Positions 13,639 through 27,860 are shown, counted from the stretch's first letter. The stretch is DNA of 64,000 nucleotides from Octopus vulgaris (GCA_951406725.2 OX597823.1:54684001-54748000), one strand, 5' to 3'. Made by a program: numbers and translations. Notes: generated from the sequence alone by a model not told the origin.

Positions 13639-14464
13639 GAATGACCATGGGATTGCACCTAGAAGGTTCTCTTCCGAGGCACAAGTCTGGGCAAGGTTGT
13701 TTATGGAAGACCAGCAGTCACCCATGCATACCATGCCACCAACGTTATCCAAGGGAAAGGCAAAGGGTGATACAGCTTGGCATCAGTGACATCACAACTC
13801 ATTTTGTACAGCTGAGAAAACTGGAGCAATGTGAAATAAAGTGTCTTGCTCAAGGACACAACACGCAGCTCAGTCCGAGAAGTGAACTCACTATCTTGTG
13901 ATTGTGACCCTGACACTCTAACCACTGAGCCATGCAGCCATGCGCTTTCTTTCTGTTTCAGCAATACATACTTTATACGAAAGTCAAGAAAAATACCAAA
14001 TTTTTCCATAATACATGAATAGACAGATTAAGGAATCTTGCTTGCAATTAGAAAAGAAAGAGATCCCAGCAATTTGGGGTCAGATCATGAAGTATCTACT
14101 ACATTGATTAAATCTTGTCTGACTTAAAAAAAGGCATGATTCTTGAACGGGGATAGAATATGCAACTGGCTAATTGGTAGAATTCAGGCAAAATGTCTTG
14201 TGATATTCATTCCAGCTCTCTGTGTTCTTTGTTGAAATTCAGTTATGTGGCTAAGTGGTTAGAGGTATATGGTTTAAGATCGTATGGTCCTGAGTTTGGT
14301 TCCCAATAGCACAGTGTGTCCTTGAGCAAGACACTTTTTCCTGTTGCTCCAGTTGACTCAGCTGACAAAAATGAGTAGTTACCTGTATTTCAAAGGGCCA
14401 ACCATGTCACACTCTCTGTCATGCTGAATCTTGCTGAGAATTACGTTAAAGGTATGCATGTCTA

Positions 14465-14609
14465 AAAGGCGGCGACTTTGCCTTTCATCCTTTCGGGGTC
14501 GATAAATTAAGTACCAGTTACGCACTGGGGTCGATGTAATCGACATAATACCTATGTCTGTCCTTGTTTGTCCTCTCTATGTTTAGCCCCTTGGGGGTAA
14601 TAAAGAAAT
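14465..14609 (+). mobile_element. internally deleted SINE family B copy with 15-bp TSD
   Basis: TSD aggtatgcatgtcta at 14450-14464 and 14610-14624. Confidence 0.8.
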
Positions 14610-15053
14610 AGGTATGCATGTCTATGGAGTGCTCAAGCAGCTGCATGTTAATTTCATGAGAAGGCTGTTCTATTAATCAGATCAACTGGAACCCTCATCA
14701 GTAACTGATGGAGTGCCATTTCTTTTGCGTGCAAATTCAGCCCAGGTTAACTTTGTTGTTCTTCCTTTTGGAGTCAATAAAATAAAGCACCATTTCAGGG
14801 CCGTGTTTCAGAATTGCTAGAGCATTAGATGAAATTTTTTGCATTGTCTGTTCAAGCTCTTTCTGCTCTGAGTTCTTGGGAAGTAGAATTAATCTATCAC
14901 CTATTTTAACTTGGTACTGAGTTCAGTCCCACTGTGTGGAACCTTCAGCAAGTGTCACCTGTTATAGCTCTGGGCTGACCAAAACCTTGTGAATGGATTC
15001 AGAAAACAAAAGAAATCCATTGCGTGTATGTATGTGTGTGTGTGTGTGTGCAT

Positions 15054-15093
<40 letters not shown>

Positions 15094-15259
15094 GTATATA
15101 TCTGTATTCCTTACATCTGTAGTTCATACAAGGTAAGCAGATTTCTGTTATATTTGTGGCATTCAGCATGTGTATTTAAATAGTGACAAATTTGTGGCTT
15201 TAGAGCAATAGCTCTGTTTATATAGCAAGAGGTATTTTAATACCCTACTAAATTTTGTT

Positions 15260-15307
<48 letters not shown>

Positions 15308-15309
<2 letters not shown>

Positions 15310-15732
15310 CTCTTTTACTTGTTTCAGTCATTTGACTGCGGCCATGCTGGAGCACCATCTTTAGTCGAGCAAATTGACCCCAGGACTTATTCTTTGTAAG
15401 ACTAGTACGTATTCTATTGGTCTCTTTTGCCGAACTGCTAAGTTACAGGGACGTAAACACACCAGCATCGGTTGTCAAGTGATGTTGGGGGGGGGGTTAA
15501 CACAGACACACAAAGATATACACACACATACATATATATATGTATATATATATATATATATACATACATATATATGATGGGCTTCTTCTAGTTTCCATCT
15601 ACCAAATCCACTCACAAGGCTTTGGTTGGCCCGAGGCTATAGTAGAAGACACTTGCCCAAGGTGCCACGCAGTGGGACTGAACCCAAAACCATGTGGTTG
15701 GTAAGCGAGCTACTAACCACAGAGCCACTCCT
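15308..15732 (-). mobile_element. tRNA-headed CORE-like SINE (family A)
   Basis: Full-length copy with central (TA)n/(CA)n tract. Confidence 0.85.
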
Positions 15733-15809
15733 GCACCTATAATATAAATGATATATAAATATATGCATATATACATATATGTACATACCTACATATATTG
15801 TATATATAC

Positions 15810-16125
15810 ATGCATATATGGGTACGGGACATCAAAAAAACTTAGACAGAATGAGAAACGAGAACAATAAACACAAAAACATAGAAAACGAACTGTTTTT
15901 TGAACAATAAAAAAAAACAAATAAACAGAGAAACAAGACATGCAACATAAAGAACATTCCCTTCATCAGTTGTCCCCTGTTTTATCTACTCTGTGTTTCA
16001 AAGGTAAGGACAAGATGCGACTTTGTTAAAACAGTCCTTCACGCAAAGCAAATTAAATAAAATTTGGGATTTTTTTGTGGAGGATGAAAGTGGTAACAAA
16101 AACAGAACAGTGAAAACAAAACATT
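15810..16125 (-). mobile_element. probable PLE pseudo-LTR-type insert beside (TA)n
   Basis: Minus-strand terminus TGATGTCCCGTACCCATATATGCA resembles the arm terminus TGATGTCCTGTACCTTAATATGCA at about 28904-28928. Contains CTGATGA and GAAAC motifs. Confidence 0.35.
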
Positions 16126-17140
16126 AAAAACAAACTTTAAGGGCTGTCCACCATCCAACCAAGCATGGAAAACATGTTAAATGGTGATGGTGATGATATA
16201 TATATGTTTTTGCCTGTTCCATCACATGTTTGACAAATGGTGTTGGTTTGTTTACATCCCTGTAACTTAGTGGTTTGACAAAATGATATCAATAGGATAA
16301 CTATTGTGTGTGTGTGTTACTGTCTCAAGCAGTGTTGCCAGTCCTCCACAAAATCATGTCTGGTCATAGGGAAATATTACCTTACTTAGAAATGGGTGTG
16401 GGCCAGTGACAGGAAGGGGGAATCCAGCTGTAGAAAACCCGCCTCAACAAAGTTCACTATGACCCATGGGAACATTGAATGTGTGTGTGTGTGCGTGTGT
16501 GTGTGTGCGTGTGTGTGTGTGCGTGTGTGTGTGTGTGTGTATTTATGCACATACAGATGTATATAGATGCATATATATTCCTATTATGCATTCATATGTA
16601 TATCTAACACTATGTTACACACACACACACACACACACATACATACACACACACACACACTTTATATCTGTATATATATCATGTAAATAACATATAAATA
16701 TACATATACACATACACATATGTATATATGTAAATATATAGATTATGCTGTAGATATGTCTGCATACACAATATGTATGCATGTATGTATCTATTTATTC
16801 ATACAAAGACATGCGTACACACACAATTACATGCTTACATTCACATGAATATGACACATTTTTTCACTTACATCTTTTATTTCATACACAAAAAATATGT
16901 TCATGTGGACAATTATGTATACATATCCATAAAAATGAATCCACACATGGATTTCATGCAATTACACCTGCATGCACACACATATACAGCAATTCTCTAT
17001 ACTAACACATCTTTACAGGTACAATAAGCTCACACGCATACACAGATCTTCTCTATACAAATGCACCAATGTAGATACAACACACATATATACACACACA
17101 CTCACACCTGTTTGCAATTCAGATTGCACACACACACACA

Positions 17141-18195
17141 AGTGCTTGCACATAACCTGACATACACCTCATCACACATACATGCACAAACACCTGCGCA
17201 CATACCAACAGTCACACACACACACACACATACACGCACGCACACATACACGCACACACACACAGACACACACACGTGCCTGTAAATAACCTGGCATACA
17301 CCTCATCACACTTACATGCACAAACACCTGTGCACATACCAACAGTCACACACACCCAGATACATATACACACATACATTTGTATACCTGTACATACACA
17401 GATAAGCTGCCCACACACACACACATGTGCCTGTGCATAACTTGGCATACACCTCATCACACAAACATGCACAAACACCTGTGCACATACCAACAGTCAC
17501 ACATCCAGATACAGGTACACACACACATTTGCACACCTGTACACACACAGATAAGCTGCCCACACACACACACACACACACACGCACACACACACATGTG
17601 CCTGTGCATAACCTGACATACACCTCATCACACATACATGCACAAACACCTGTGCACATACCAACAGTCACACAAATCCAGATACAGGTACACACACACA
17701 TTTGCACACCTGTACACACACAGATAAACTGTGTATGCACACACACACATGTGCCTGTGCATAACCTGGCATACACCTCATCACACATACATGCACAAAC
17801 ACCTGTTCACATACCAACAGTCACACACATCCAGATACAGGTACACACACACACAATTGCACACCTGTACACACACAGATAAGCTGCCCCCCCACACACA
17901 TACACACACGTGTCTGTGCATAACCTGACATACACCTCATCACACATACATGTACAAACACCTGTGCACATACCAACAGTCATACACACCCAGATACAGA
18001 TACTCACACACATTTGTACACCTGTACACACACAGATAAGCTGCACACACACACACACGTGCCTGTGCATAACCTGACATACACCTCATCACACATACAT
18101 GCGCAAACACCTGTGCACATACCAACAGTCACAAACACCCAGATACAGGTACATACACACACATTTGCACACCTGTACACATACAGATAAACCGC
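17141..18195. repeat. complex CA-rich tandem repeat, about 7 units of 135-170 bp
   Basis: Unit core GTGCCTGTGCATAACCTGRCATACACCTCATCACAC...ATACCAACAGTCACAC recurs near 17141, 17275, 17426, 17597, 17750, 17909 and 18058. Confidence 0.9.
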
Positions 18196-18862
18196 GTGCA
18201 TGCACACACAATACACACACGTGCACAGACACACACACACACACACACATCCAGACATAATCTAATGCTCTCTCTTTCTCTCTCTCACACACACACACAC
18301 ACACTCACACACACACACTCACACACACACACACACACACACACACATTAACACAGACTCACACACACACAGACACAGTGTCTTTCACAATCAATGTTGT
18401 TTCACAGTGAACCATTTCAACATGATGCAGCAGCATTGAAGACAAAGAATGACTCATTCAGTTTGTGTGCATAAGTGCGTGTGTGAACATGTGTGTACGC
18501 TTGTGCAGTGTAATGCCAATACACACACGCACGCACACACAAATACACACACACACAAATATGTACACACGCACAGACACATGAATGCACACTATTTATT
18601 CCCCTTTCCATCTTTCTTGTCTTTTTCTTCCACTCTGCAACCATCCGACATCTTGGATACTCTTTTTGAAAAGGAGGTTGAAAGACTCTGGTATGACTCA
18701 TAGAACTATAGTGGAGTCTAGAGCGGTGTATATAGATCTGCCATACACACACGCAGTTATACATAGCCACTTACACATGCAGCATATATATACTTACACA
18801 AGCAACACACACACTCACACGCATAGTGAATGAAAATGTGATTTAGGTGTACTGAAGAATGA

Positions 18863-18865
18863 GTA

Positions 18866-18944
<79 letters not shown>

Positions 18945-19042
18945 CATATAAATATGAACATAAATATATATACATATGTGTATATATATATATGTGTGTG
19001 TATAAGTATGTATATATCTATATAAATATTATGTATATATAT

Positions 19043-19073
<31 letters not shown>

Positions 19074-19468
19074 CATATATACACATGCATATATATATGT
19101 ATATATATGTATATAGATATATACATATATATATGCATGTATATATATGTGTGTATGTATATGTATGTGTATATATATATATATAAATATGTATGAATAT
19201 ATAAAAATATATATGTGCATGTATATATATATGTATATATAAGTATGTGTGTGTATATATATATATATATATATACATGCAATATGTATACATGTGTGTA
19301 TAAATATGTGTATGTATGTCTGCATATATGTATATATATACATATGTTTATATGTATATATATATACACACATATATATATATACATATGTATATATATA
19401 TGTATGTGTGTGTATATATATATATATATATGTGTGTATGTATATATATATATATATATATGTATATG

Positions 19469-19512
<44 letters not shown>

Positions 19513-19624
19513 ACAAAGATATGTACATATATATGTATATACACACACACACATACAAGTACATAATACATGCAGATACATATATGTGTATATATGTGTG
19601 TGTTTGTATGTGTGCGTGCACGCA

Positions 19625-19669
<45 letters not shown>

Positions 19670-19849
19670 GTGTTTGTGCATGTGCATCTGCATGATAGAG
19701 AAGATACACAAAATGAAATATAGAAATATTTAGATGGATAAAGAGATCCTTATCGTTCTATCAGAACAGCTCAATAGATAGAACAGAGATAAACGTATAC
19801 AAACACACACATGTATGTCTGTATGTACGTACGTATGTATGTATGTATG

Positions 19850-19880
<31 letters not shown>

Positions 19881-19966
19881 TGTATGTATGTATGTATGTA
19901 TGTATGTATGTATGTATGTATGTATGTATGTATGTATGTATGTATGTATGTATGTATGTATGTATG

Positions 19967-19997
<31 letters not shown>

Positions 19998-20115
19998 GTA
20001 TGTATGTATGTATGTATGTGTGTGTGTGTATGTATGTATGTATGTATGTATGTATGTATGTATGTATGTATGTATGTATGTATGTATGTATGTATGTATG
20101 TCTATGTATGTATGT
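18863..20115. repeat. (TA)n/(TG)n/(TATG)n microsatellite field
   Basis: Direct reading. Source of the YIYI/MYVC ORFs. Confidence 0.95.
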
Positions 20116-20436
20116 GCAAGTGTCTTCTACTATAGCCTTTGGCTAACCAAAGCTTTGTGAGCAGATATGGTAAACAGAAACCTGTTGTATATATATATAT
20201 ATATGTATATAAGTGTGTGTGTGTGTGTGTGTCCATCACCACTTGACAACCGGTGTTGGTTTTTTTATGTCCCCATACACTTGTGGTTCAGTAAAAGAGA
20301 TCGATAGAGTAAGTACCCGGTTCAGGAAATAAGTCCTGGGGTCGATTCAATCGACTAAATTTCAAGGCAGTGCCTCAGCATGGTTGCAGTCCAATGATTG
20401 AAACAAGAAAAAGATATATATATTGATGGATAAATA

Positions 20437-20481
<45 letters not shown>

Positions 20482-20574
20482 CATGTGTGTGTGTGCAAAA
20501 AGAATGAGAGTAAGAAAAAGAGGGAGGTTGAGTGTAGGACAGATTATATACATATACATATATATATAAAAATT

Positions 20575-20689
<115 letters not shown>

Positions 20690-21528
20690 GTCTATTTGTT
20701 TATCTGTCTATCTATCTATCTCTCTACCTATCTATCTATATATGTGTGCGTGTGTGTAAGTGTGGGTGTTTGTGCAAATTTATATTTGTATATCATGTCA
20801 ATTGTTCAGTGTCATTGTAACATCTACTTTTCCTTGCTTACACATGTCAGATAGAGATAATTACACCGGAATTTCTACAGCTGGGTTCCCTTTCCATCAC
20901 AAGCCCTCACCTGCTTCCAGGTAATGTATAACTCCCCTGTGGCTGGACATGTTTTCACAGATTATTGGAAGCAAATAACACTGCTTGTGTGACAGTGACA
21001 CCCATTTACATTCATACATGATATCACGACAATGCGAATCAAAGACACACACTCACACACACACACACACACACACATACCCCCCCTACACACATACACC
21101 CCCCCACACACACACACATTATACATATAAATTATATAATTATTTTATATGTACACACATGCACACACACATGTATATGTATGTACATTTGACAGGCTTC
21201 TTTCAGTTTCCATGCACCAAATCTTGTCACAAGTTTTTGGATGGCATAGGGCTACAGTTGAAGACACTTGTCCAAGATGTTATGTGGTGGGACTGAACTG
21301 AAAACTATGTGCTTGGGAAGTAAACTTCTTAACCACATATCTTTGCCTGCACCTTACTATGTGGGTGTATATATATATATATATATATTATGGAGATGTA
21401 CTTGGATAGCAAGTGACCTGATCTGAGATCGTGAGCTGGAATGAAAACAATTTCAGTGTGGAAGGTGTTTATAAGCCATTTAAGAAACACACAAAAATTG
21501 TTAGATTCACTTCAACATTTAAATTTAA

Positions 21529-21579
21529 TTTGTCAAAATATTTTTGTCGCTTTGAGTCCGAAACCTGTTCCCTGACAAA
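21529..21579 (-). ncRNA. decayed type I hammerhead, G3-C8 family (inverted copy)
   Basis: UUUGUCA-GGGAACA-G-GUUUC/GCGAC-AAAAA-UA-UUU-UGACAAA. U4 and G12 are mutated. Confidence 0.45.
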
Positions 21580-21617
21580 ATTCTGTGCTGCATCTCAGAA
21601 TTTTGTCAGCACAGAAT

Positions 21618-21668
21618 TTTGTCAGTGAACAGGTCATGGTCTCAAAGCAATGAAAATATTTTGACAAA
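21618..21668 (+). ncRNA. type I hammerhead-like fold with G3-C8 core (GUGAACA)
   Basis: 7-bp helix I UUUGUCA/UGACAAA, core GUGAACA, decayed helix II, GAAA, palindromic AAUAUU helix III region, UUU triplet. Confidence 0.6.
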
Positions 21669-21889
21669 TTAAATTTAAATGTTGAAGTGAATCTAACGGT
21701 TTTTGTGTGTTTCTTAAATGGCTTATAAACACCTTCCATGCTGCAATGGTATGTATATATATTTATATATATATATACTAACCTTGAAGCTGCCCTTTGG
21801 GTGACATTCACACTGGCTTCTGAGGAGGCCACCATTGAGGCTTTTGGCCCCACTATCATCTGAAGCAAGATCCCAGCCTTTGGTCAACC

Positions 21890-22464
<575 letters not shown>

Positions 22465-23029
22465 AGAATGATATTGGACTCAGTAAACCTAGGATATGAA
22501 TAATGTTGAACATAGCATTTTTTAAAAATCCACGAACCTTCTATTATAGCCTCAAGCGACCAAAGCCTTGTGAGTGAATTTGGTTGATGGAAGCTGAAAG
22601 AAGCCGGTTGTATATGTTTATATGTATGTCTTTGTGTGTGTATTTGTACCCTACTACTGTCTAACAACTGGTGTTGGTGTGTTTACATCCCTGTGACTTA
22701 TCCTAGCATATCTTTTACTGAACTAATAATAAAAGAAGAATAAGTCCTGTGGTTGATTGATTTGACTAAAAATTCCTCAAGGTGGTGCCCCAGCATGGCC
22801 ACAGTCTAATGACTGACACAGAAAGAAGATAAAAGAATAAAATACCCATGAAATGAAAAATTTCTTGAATTGTTTATTATTGTTATTCTTTCACTTGTTG
22901 TTCACATATAACTCATAAACAAACTTGACAAAATACATTCATTTCATTACAAGAATAAAAAATCACAAAAATTTACAAGAGTATGAATAATTTTGAGGAC
23001 AACTGTATAAACACACACACACATGAGGA

Positions 23030-23635
23030 CAGGTGTGTAAAGAAGTGCCAATCTCTAACTGTGGAGGGAACCTATGACAGAAGTAGACCCAGGAAAACAT
23101 GGGACAAGGTGGTGAAGCATGATCTTTCAAAACTTTGGGTCTCACAGAAGCAATGACTAGTGACCAAGACCTATGGTGATATGCTGTGCTTGAGAAGACC
23201 TGTCAAGCCAAGTGAATCACTTGTGGCTGATGCTGGTGTTATGTAACTATGCTGATAGCATGTAAAAAGCAGCTTTCGAGTGTTGGGCCTCACAGAGGTA
23301 AAGTGGCTGAGCTCCTTTCGAGTGTTGGGCCTCACAGAAGCAATGACCATGACCTTTGACATTATGTCATGCTTGAGAAGAAGACCCATCAAGCCAAGTA
23401 AGATCACAGTTCATGGCAGATGCCGGTGTCACACAAATAGCCCCCCTGCTGGTGGCACATAAAACCACCCATTATACTCTTGGAGTGGTTGATGTTAGGA
23501 AGGGCATCCAGCTGTAGAAACCATGCCAAATCAGACTGGAGTCTGGTGCAGCCTTGCAGCTTGCCAAGTCCTGGTCAAACTGTCCAACCCATGCCAGCAT
23601 GGACAATGGATTTTAAATGGTGATGATGATGATAT
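23030..23635 (+). mobile_element. RTE-clade LINE 3' end with tail
   Basis: VEGTYDRSRPRKTWDKVVKHD..LGLTEAMTSDQDLW (RGRPRKTW-type C-terminus), then a 3' UTR ending in (GAT)n. Confidence 0.75.
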
Positions 23636-23637
23636 AT

Positions 23638-23673
<36 letters not shown>

Positions 23674-24344
23674 ATATTTAAGGTACCATGTAAAGAGCAT
23701 TGGAGTTGGTGCCAGTGCTACAGAAAAAGCACTGGTGATGGGGTCACATAAAAAGTACCCAGCGCCCTCTGTGGAGCGGTTGCTGTTACGAAGGGTATCA
23801 AGTTATAGAAACCAATCCAAAACAGATTATGGAACCTGTTGTGGCGCCTGGCTTTCCCAGTTCCTGTCAAGCTGCCCAAACCATGCCAGCATGGAAAACA
23901 GACATTCAATGATGATGATGATGATCTATATCTATCAATCTATCTATATATGTGTATGTTTATGAGTGTGTGTCTATATATATGCATAGATCCCTCAGTT
24001 CATGTATGTGTGTGTACACACACACACAGAGGCAAAGGGAGAAAACAACATATATAAGGAAATAGAGAGATGTATATATAGATAAATATGTAGAGAGATA
24101 TCTAAGTAGATAGTGGTGGATAAATTGTTTTGTATATCTATCTATGTATCTATAATCTATATGCATGTGTGTCTATTAGACAGATGGATGAGTATATAGA
24201 TTGAAAGAAGGATAGAGAATTAGTCCTTCAGAGTAAAAGAAGGAAAAAGGGAAGATTGTCAGAGGATAAAATGTAGTGTAGATGTTAAGAGTAGAAGAGG
24301 AAAATAAGAGAATGTGTGTGTGTGCCTGTGTGTGTGTATGTGAG

Positions 24345-24449
24345 GGAGAGAGAGAAAGAGAGAGAGAGAGAGACAAGAAGAGTGAATAAGAAAATGAAAT
24401 TCAAAGGGAAAGTGACAGAATAAAAGAGAAAGTGAGAAAAAAGTGAGGG

Positions 24450-24510
<61 letters not shown>

Positions 24511-24553
24511 GAGAATGAGAAAGAGAGAGAGAAAGAGAGAGAGAAAGAGAGAA

Positions 24554-24596
<43 letters not shown>

Positions 24597-24664
24597 AGAG
24601 AGAATAAGAAAATGAAATTCAAAGGGAAAGTGACAGAATAAAAGAGAAAGTGAGAAAAAAGTGA

Positions 24665-24720
<56 letters not shown>

Positions 24721-24737
24721 GAGAATGAGAATGAGAA

Positions 24738-24768
<31 letters not shown>

Positions 24769-24781
24769 AAGAGAATGAGAA

Positions 24782-24826
<45 letters not shown>

Positions 24827-24874
24827 AGAGAATGAGAAAGAGAGAGAATGAGAAAGAGAGAGACAGAGAGAGGG

Positions 24875-24912
<38 letters not shown>
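24345..24912. repeat. (AG)n field with 218-bp tandem duplication
   Basis: AAGAAGAG..GAAATTCAAAGGGAAAGTGACAGAAT block at about 24375 and 24593. Confidence 0.85.
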
Positions 24913-24915
<3 letters not shown>

Positions 24916-25115
24916 CATTAGTTTTAGGGATAGCTGCAATTATAGCAGTATTATATTAGTATTAGTAATGATTTTAGTAGTAGTACTGCAGGTTTTTTGT
25001 TGTCGTAGTAGTAGTAGTAGTAGTAGTGGTAGTACTGTCGGTGCTTGTATTAGTAATAGCAACAACAATTGTAGCAGTAGTTATACTCTTGCTTTGACTA
25101 CACTGATAATCTAAA

Positions 25116-25164
<49 letters not shown>

Positions 25165-25249
25165 GTATGTGCATGTATGTATGTGTGTGTGTGTATGTGT
25201 ATATATATATATATATAAAAATACATATATATACATATACACACACATG

Positions 25250-25291
<42 letters not shown>

Positions 25292-25867
25292 GGACAGACA
25301 GACTGCACTGTTATGATGATCATGCTGATGACTGTTTTACCTGATGGATGGGCAGAAGCGTTCCAGCCATGACCATCCTGCATTTTGGGATAACATTACT
25401 TAGTGTGTCCTTTACTTAAAGGTGACGATGCGTTACGCGAGGGATATTTGGTTGCTATTTCTTGTCAGTCAAGCAACTGCATCGAGGCTGCATGGAAAGA
25501 GGGCAGTGATCAAAGACATGAAGTATGCACATGAGCACGTGCGTGTGTGTGAGGTGTGCGTGAGTGTGTGCATATGTGTGTGCGTGTGTACATGAGTACA
25601 TGAGTATGTATGAAGGAGTTAGTGTTACTGTTCTATTTGTATTAGTACCACTATTGTATTGATATTCAATAAAATAGGAGACAGTATATATATATATACA
25701 CACACATATATATATACGCACATATATATATACATATATGTTTATATATATATATGTATATATATATGCGTGTGTGTATATATATATATATATATATGTA
25801 TATATGTGCGTGTTTCTATATATAAATATATATATATACATACATACATGTGTGTGCATTATAGATT

Positions 25868-26037
25868 CACTACTATTACTACTGCTGCTACTACTACTAC
25901 CACCACCACCACCATCATTACTATACTATTACTACTACAACCACTACTGCTGCTGCTGCTACTGCCGCCGCTGCTGCTACTGCTGCTGCTGCTACTGCTG
26001 CTGCTATCACCAAAACCAACACCACCATGGCCATCAT

Positions 26038-26072
<35 letters not shown>

Positions 26073-26181
26073 GTAGTAGTAGTACTGCTGCTGCTGCTGC
26101 TACTGCTGCTGCTGCTAATACCACCACCACCACTACCCACAGCTGCTGCTGTTGTTGCAGCTTCCACTGCTGCTTCTGCAG

Positions 26182-26218
<37 letters not shown>

Positions 26219-26353
26219 CATCACCACTGCTGCTGCCATCACCACCCCCGCTGCCACTGCTGCTGCCAACATCATGACCACAACCACCATCATTACAAAT
26301 ACTAGTGCTGCTGCTGTTGCTGCTACTGTTGCTGCTATTACTTCTATTACTAC
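25868..26353. repeat. degenerate (CTA)/(CTG)/(CCA) trinucleotide field
   Basis: Direct reading. Explains the 317-aa and 267-aa low-complexity ORFs. Confidence 0.9.
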
Positions 26354-26632
26354 TTTGAGAAGAACTGCAGAGATAGGGAGTGAAATGTCAATAGCATTGC
26401 TAAGATACACAAACACACGGACACATATGTTCATCCATGTAAAACCCACACACAAGTCCACATGCACACAAACACTCACACACACAGTACCCACATGCAT
26501 GTACACAAGCACACACATACACGCATGCACGCACGCACCTATCCATGTGTATATTATTGTATGCACATGTGTATGTGTCTTTCTAAACACGTCCCAACTT
26601 CTTTCACCTTGATTATCGTTGCATACTAACAT

Positions 26633-26664
<32 letters not shown>

Positions 26665-26738
26665 GTATACATACATATGTGAACTCTCCCTATATAAAAA
26701 TGTGTGTGTGTGTATACACACACACACACACACACACA

Positions 26739-26787
<49 letters not shown>

Positions 26788-26906
26788 ATATCTCTATATA
26801 TCTATCTATCTATATATATATAGATAAATAAATATACATATATGCACACATATACACACATAACACACTTATACATACATAACTATACACACATTACAAA
26901 ACTTTC

Positions 26907-26951
<45 letters not shown>

Positions 26952-27485
26952 TATATACACACAAATACATAGATATGCACTCAGAGACATACATAAGTAT
27001 AAGTAAACACTCCTCTCTCTCTCTATATATATATATAGATTATACACGCACATGAACACATACACATACACTCACACATGCAAAGCACGCTTACGCACAA
27101 GCGCTCGTGCATATATAGAACTCTTTCTGATGTGGCCACACTCAGCTGATTGACAAATCATTCCCAAGATCTGCTGTCATGATGTCATCCTGTCAATATA
27201 TTGCCATGTCATCACAATATATCAAATCTTCACTTTAGCACCAATCTGTTTTAATTCCATTACTTTTAACGACATGTACTCCACTATAGACATAGACAGC
27301 TGTCTCATTTTTAAACTCACTCTCAACACACTCTCTTTTTCCTATCTCCCCTATTTTTTGTTTGTTTTTGGTAACACATCTATATATACAGCTCTATATT
27401 TGAGAGATGAGGAATTATGAGCATTATTTACATTATTTACATTATTTACATTCAACGGATATTTGTCCTCACATTGTTTGTTGTT

Positions 27486-27531
27486 AACACAACGTTTCGG
27501 CTGATATACCCTCCAGCCTTCATCAGGTATC
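27486..27531 (-). ncRNA. minimal type I hammerhead ribozyme
   Basis: GAUAC-CUGAUGA-A-GGCUG(GAGGGUAUAU)CAGCC-GAAAC-GUU-GUGUU. Palindromic AACGUU helix III. Confidence 0.75.
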
Positions 27532-27584
27532 TTGGGGAAATTTCGAACCTGAGTTTTCATTCCTAAAGTATTTTTCAATGTTAC

Positions 27585-27623
<39 letters not shown>

Positions 27624-27671
27624 CATTATTATTATTATTATTATTATTAACCACTATGCCATATGCCCACG

Positions 27672-27743
27672 GGCATATGGCGTAGTGGTTAAGAGCGCGG
27701 GCTACTAACCCCAAGATTCTGACTTTGATTCCAAGCAGTGACC
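27672..27743 (+). promoter_or_regulatory. tRNA-derived head with Pol III A box and degenerate B box
   Basis: A box TGGCGTAGTGG, anticodon-arm-like GGG-CTACTAA-CCC, B-box-like GACTTTGATTCC (AGTTCAATTCC in the 33126-33201 copy). Confidence 0.65.
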
Positions 27744-27814
27744 TGAACAATAATAATAATTATAACATCAGAAAATACCTTAGGAATGAGAACCCAGGTT
27801 CGAAATTTCCTCAA

Positions 27815-27860
27815 GACACCTGAAGAAGGTTGGAGGGTATATCAGCCGAAACGTTGTGTT
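27815..27860 (+). ncRNA. minimal type I hammerhead ribozyme
   Basis: GACAC-CUGAAGA-A-GGUUG(GAGGGUAUAU)CAGCC-GAAAC-GUU-GUGUU. Confidence 0.75.

Larger units (their letters stand above)
21391..21750. mobile_element. head-to-head inverted PLE pseudo-LTR-type insert between (TA)n tracts
   Basis: Inverted arms at about 21452-21590 and 21608-21746, each holding an HHR-like fold. Confidence 0.65.

Noticed and set aside
18590-18730. Unique island with ORF ...FQPPFQKEYPRCRMVAEWKK
   Set aside because: No convincing splice-site pair or recognisable homology.
18815-20160. 298-aa and other YIYI/MYVC ORFs
   Set aside because: Stop-free dinucleotide and tetranucleotide repeats, open in many frames on both strands.
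25659-26662. 317-aa (+) and 267-aa (-) ORFs
   Set aside because: Overlapping low-complexity trinucleotide field with no domain signature.
27672-27743. Functional tRNA (ACT anticodon-like)
   Set aside because: Acceptor stem does not pair, and the sequence is embedded in a repeated element.
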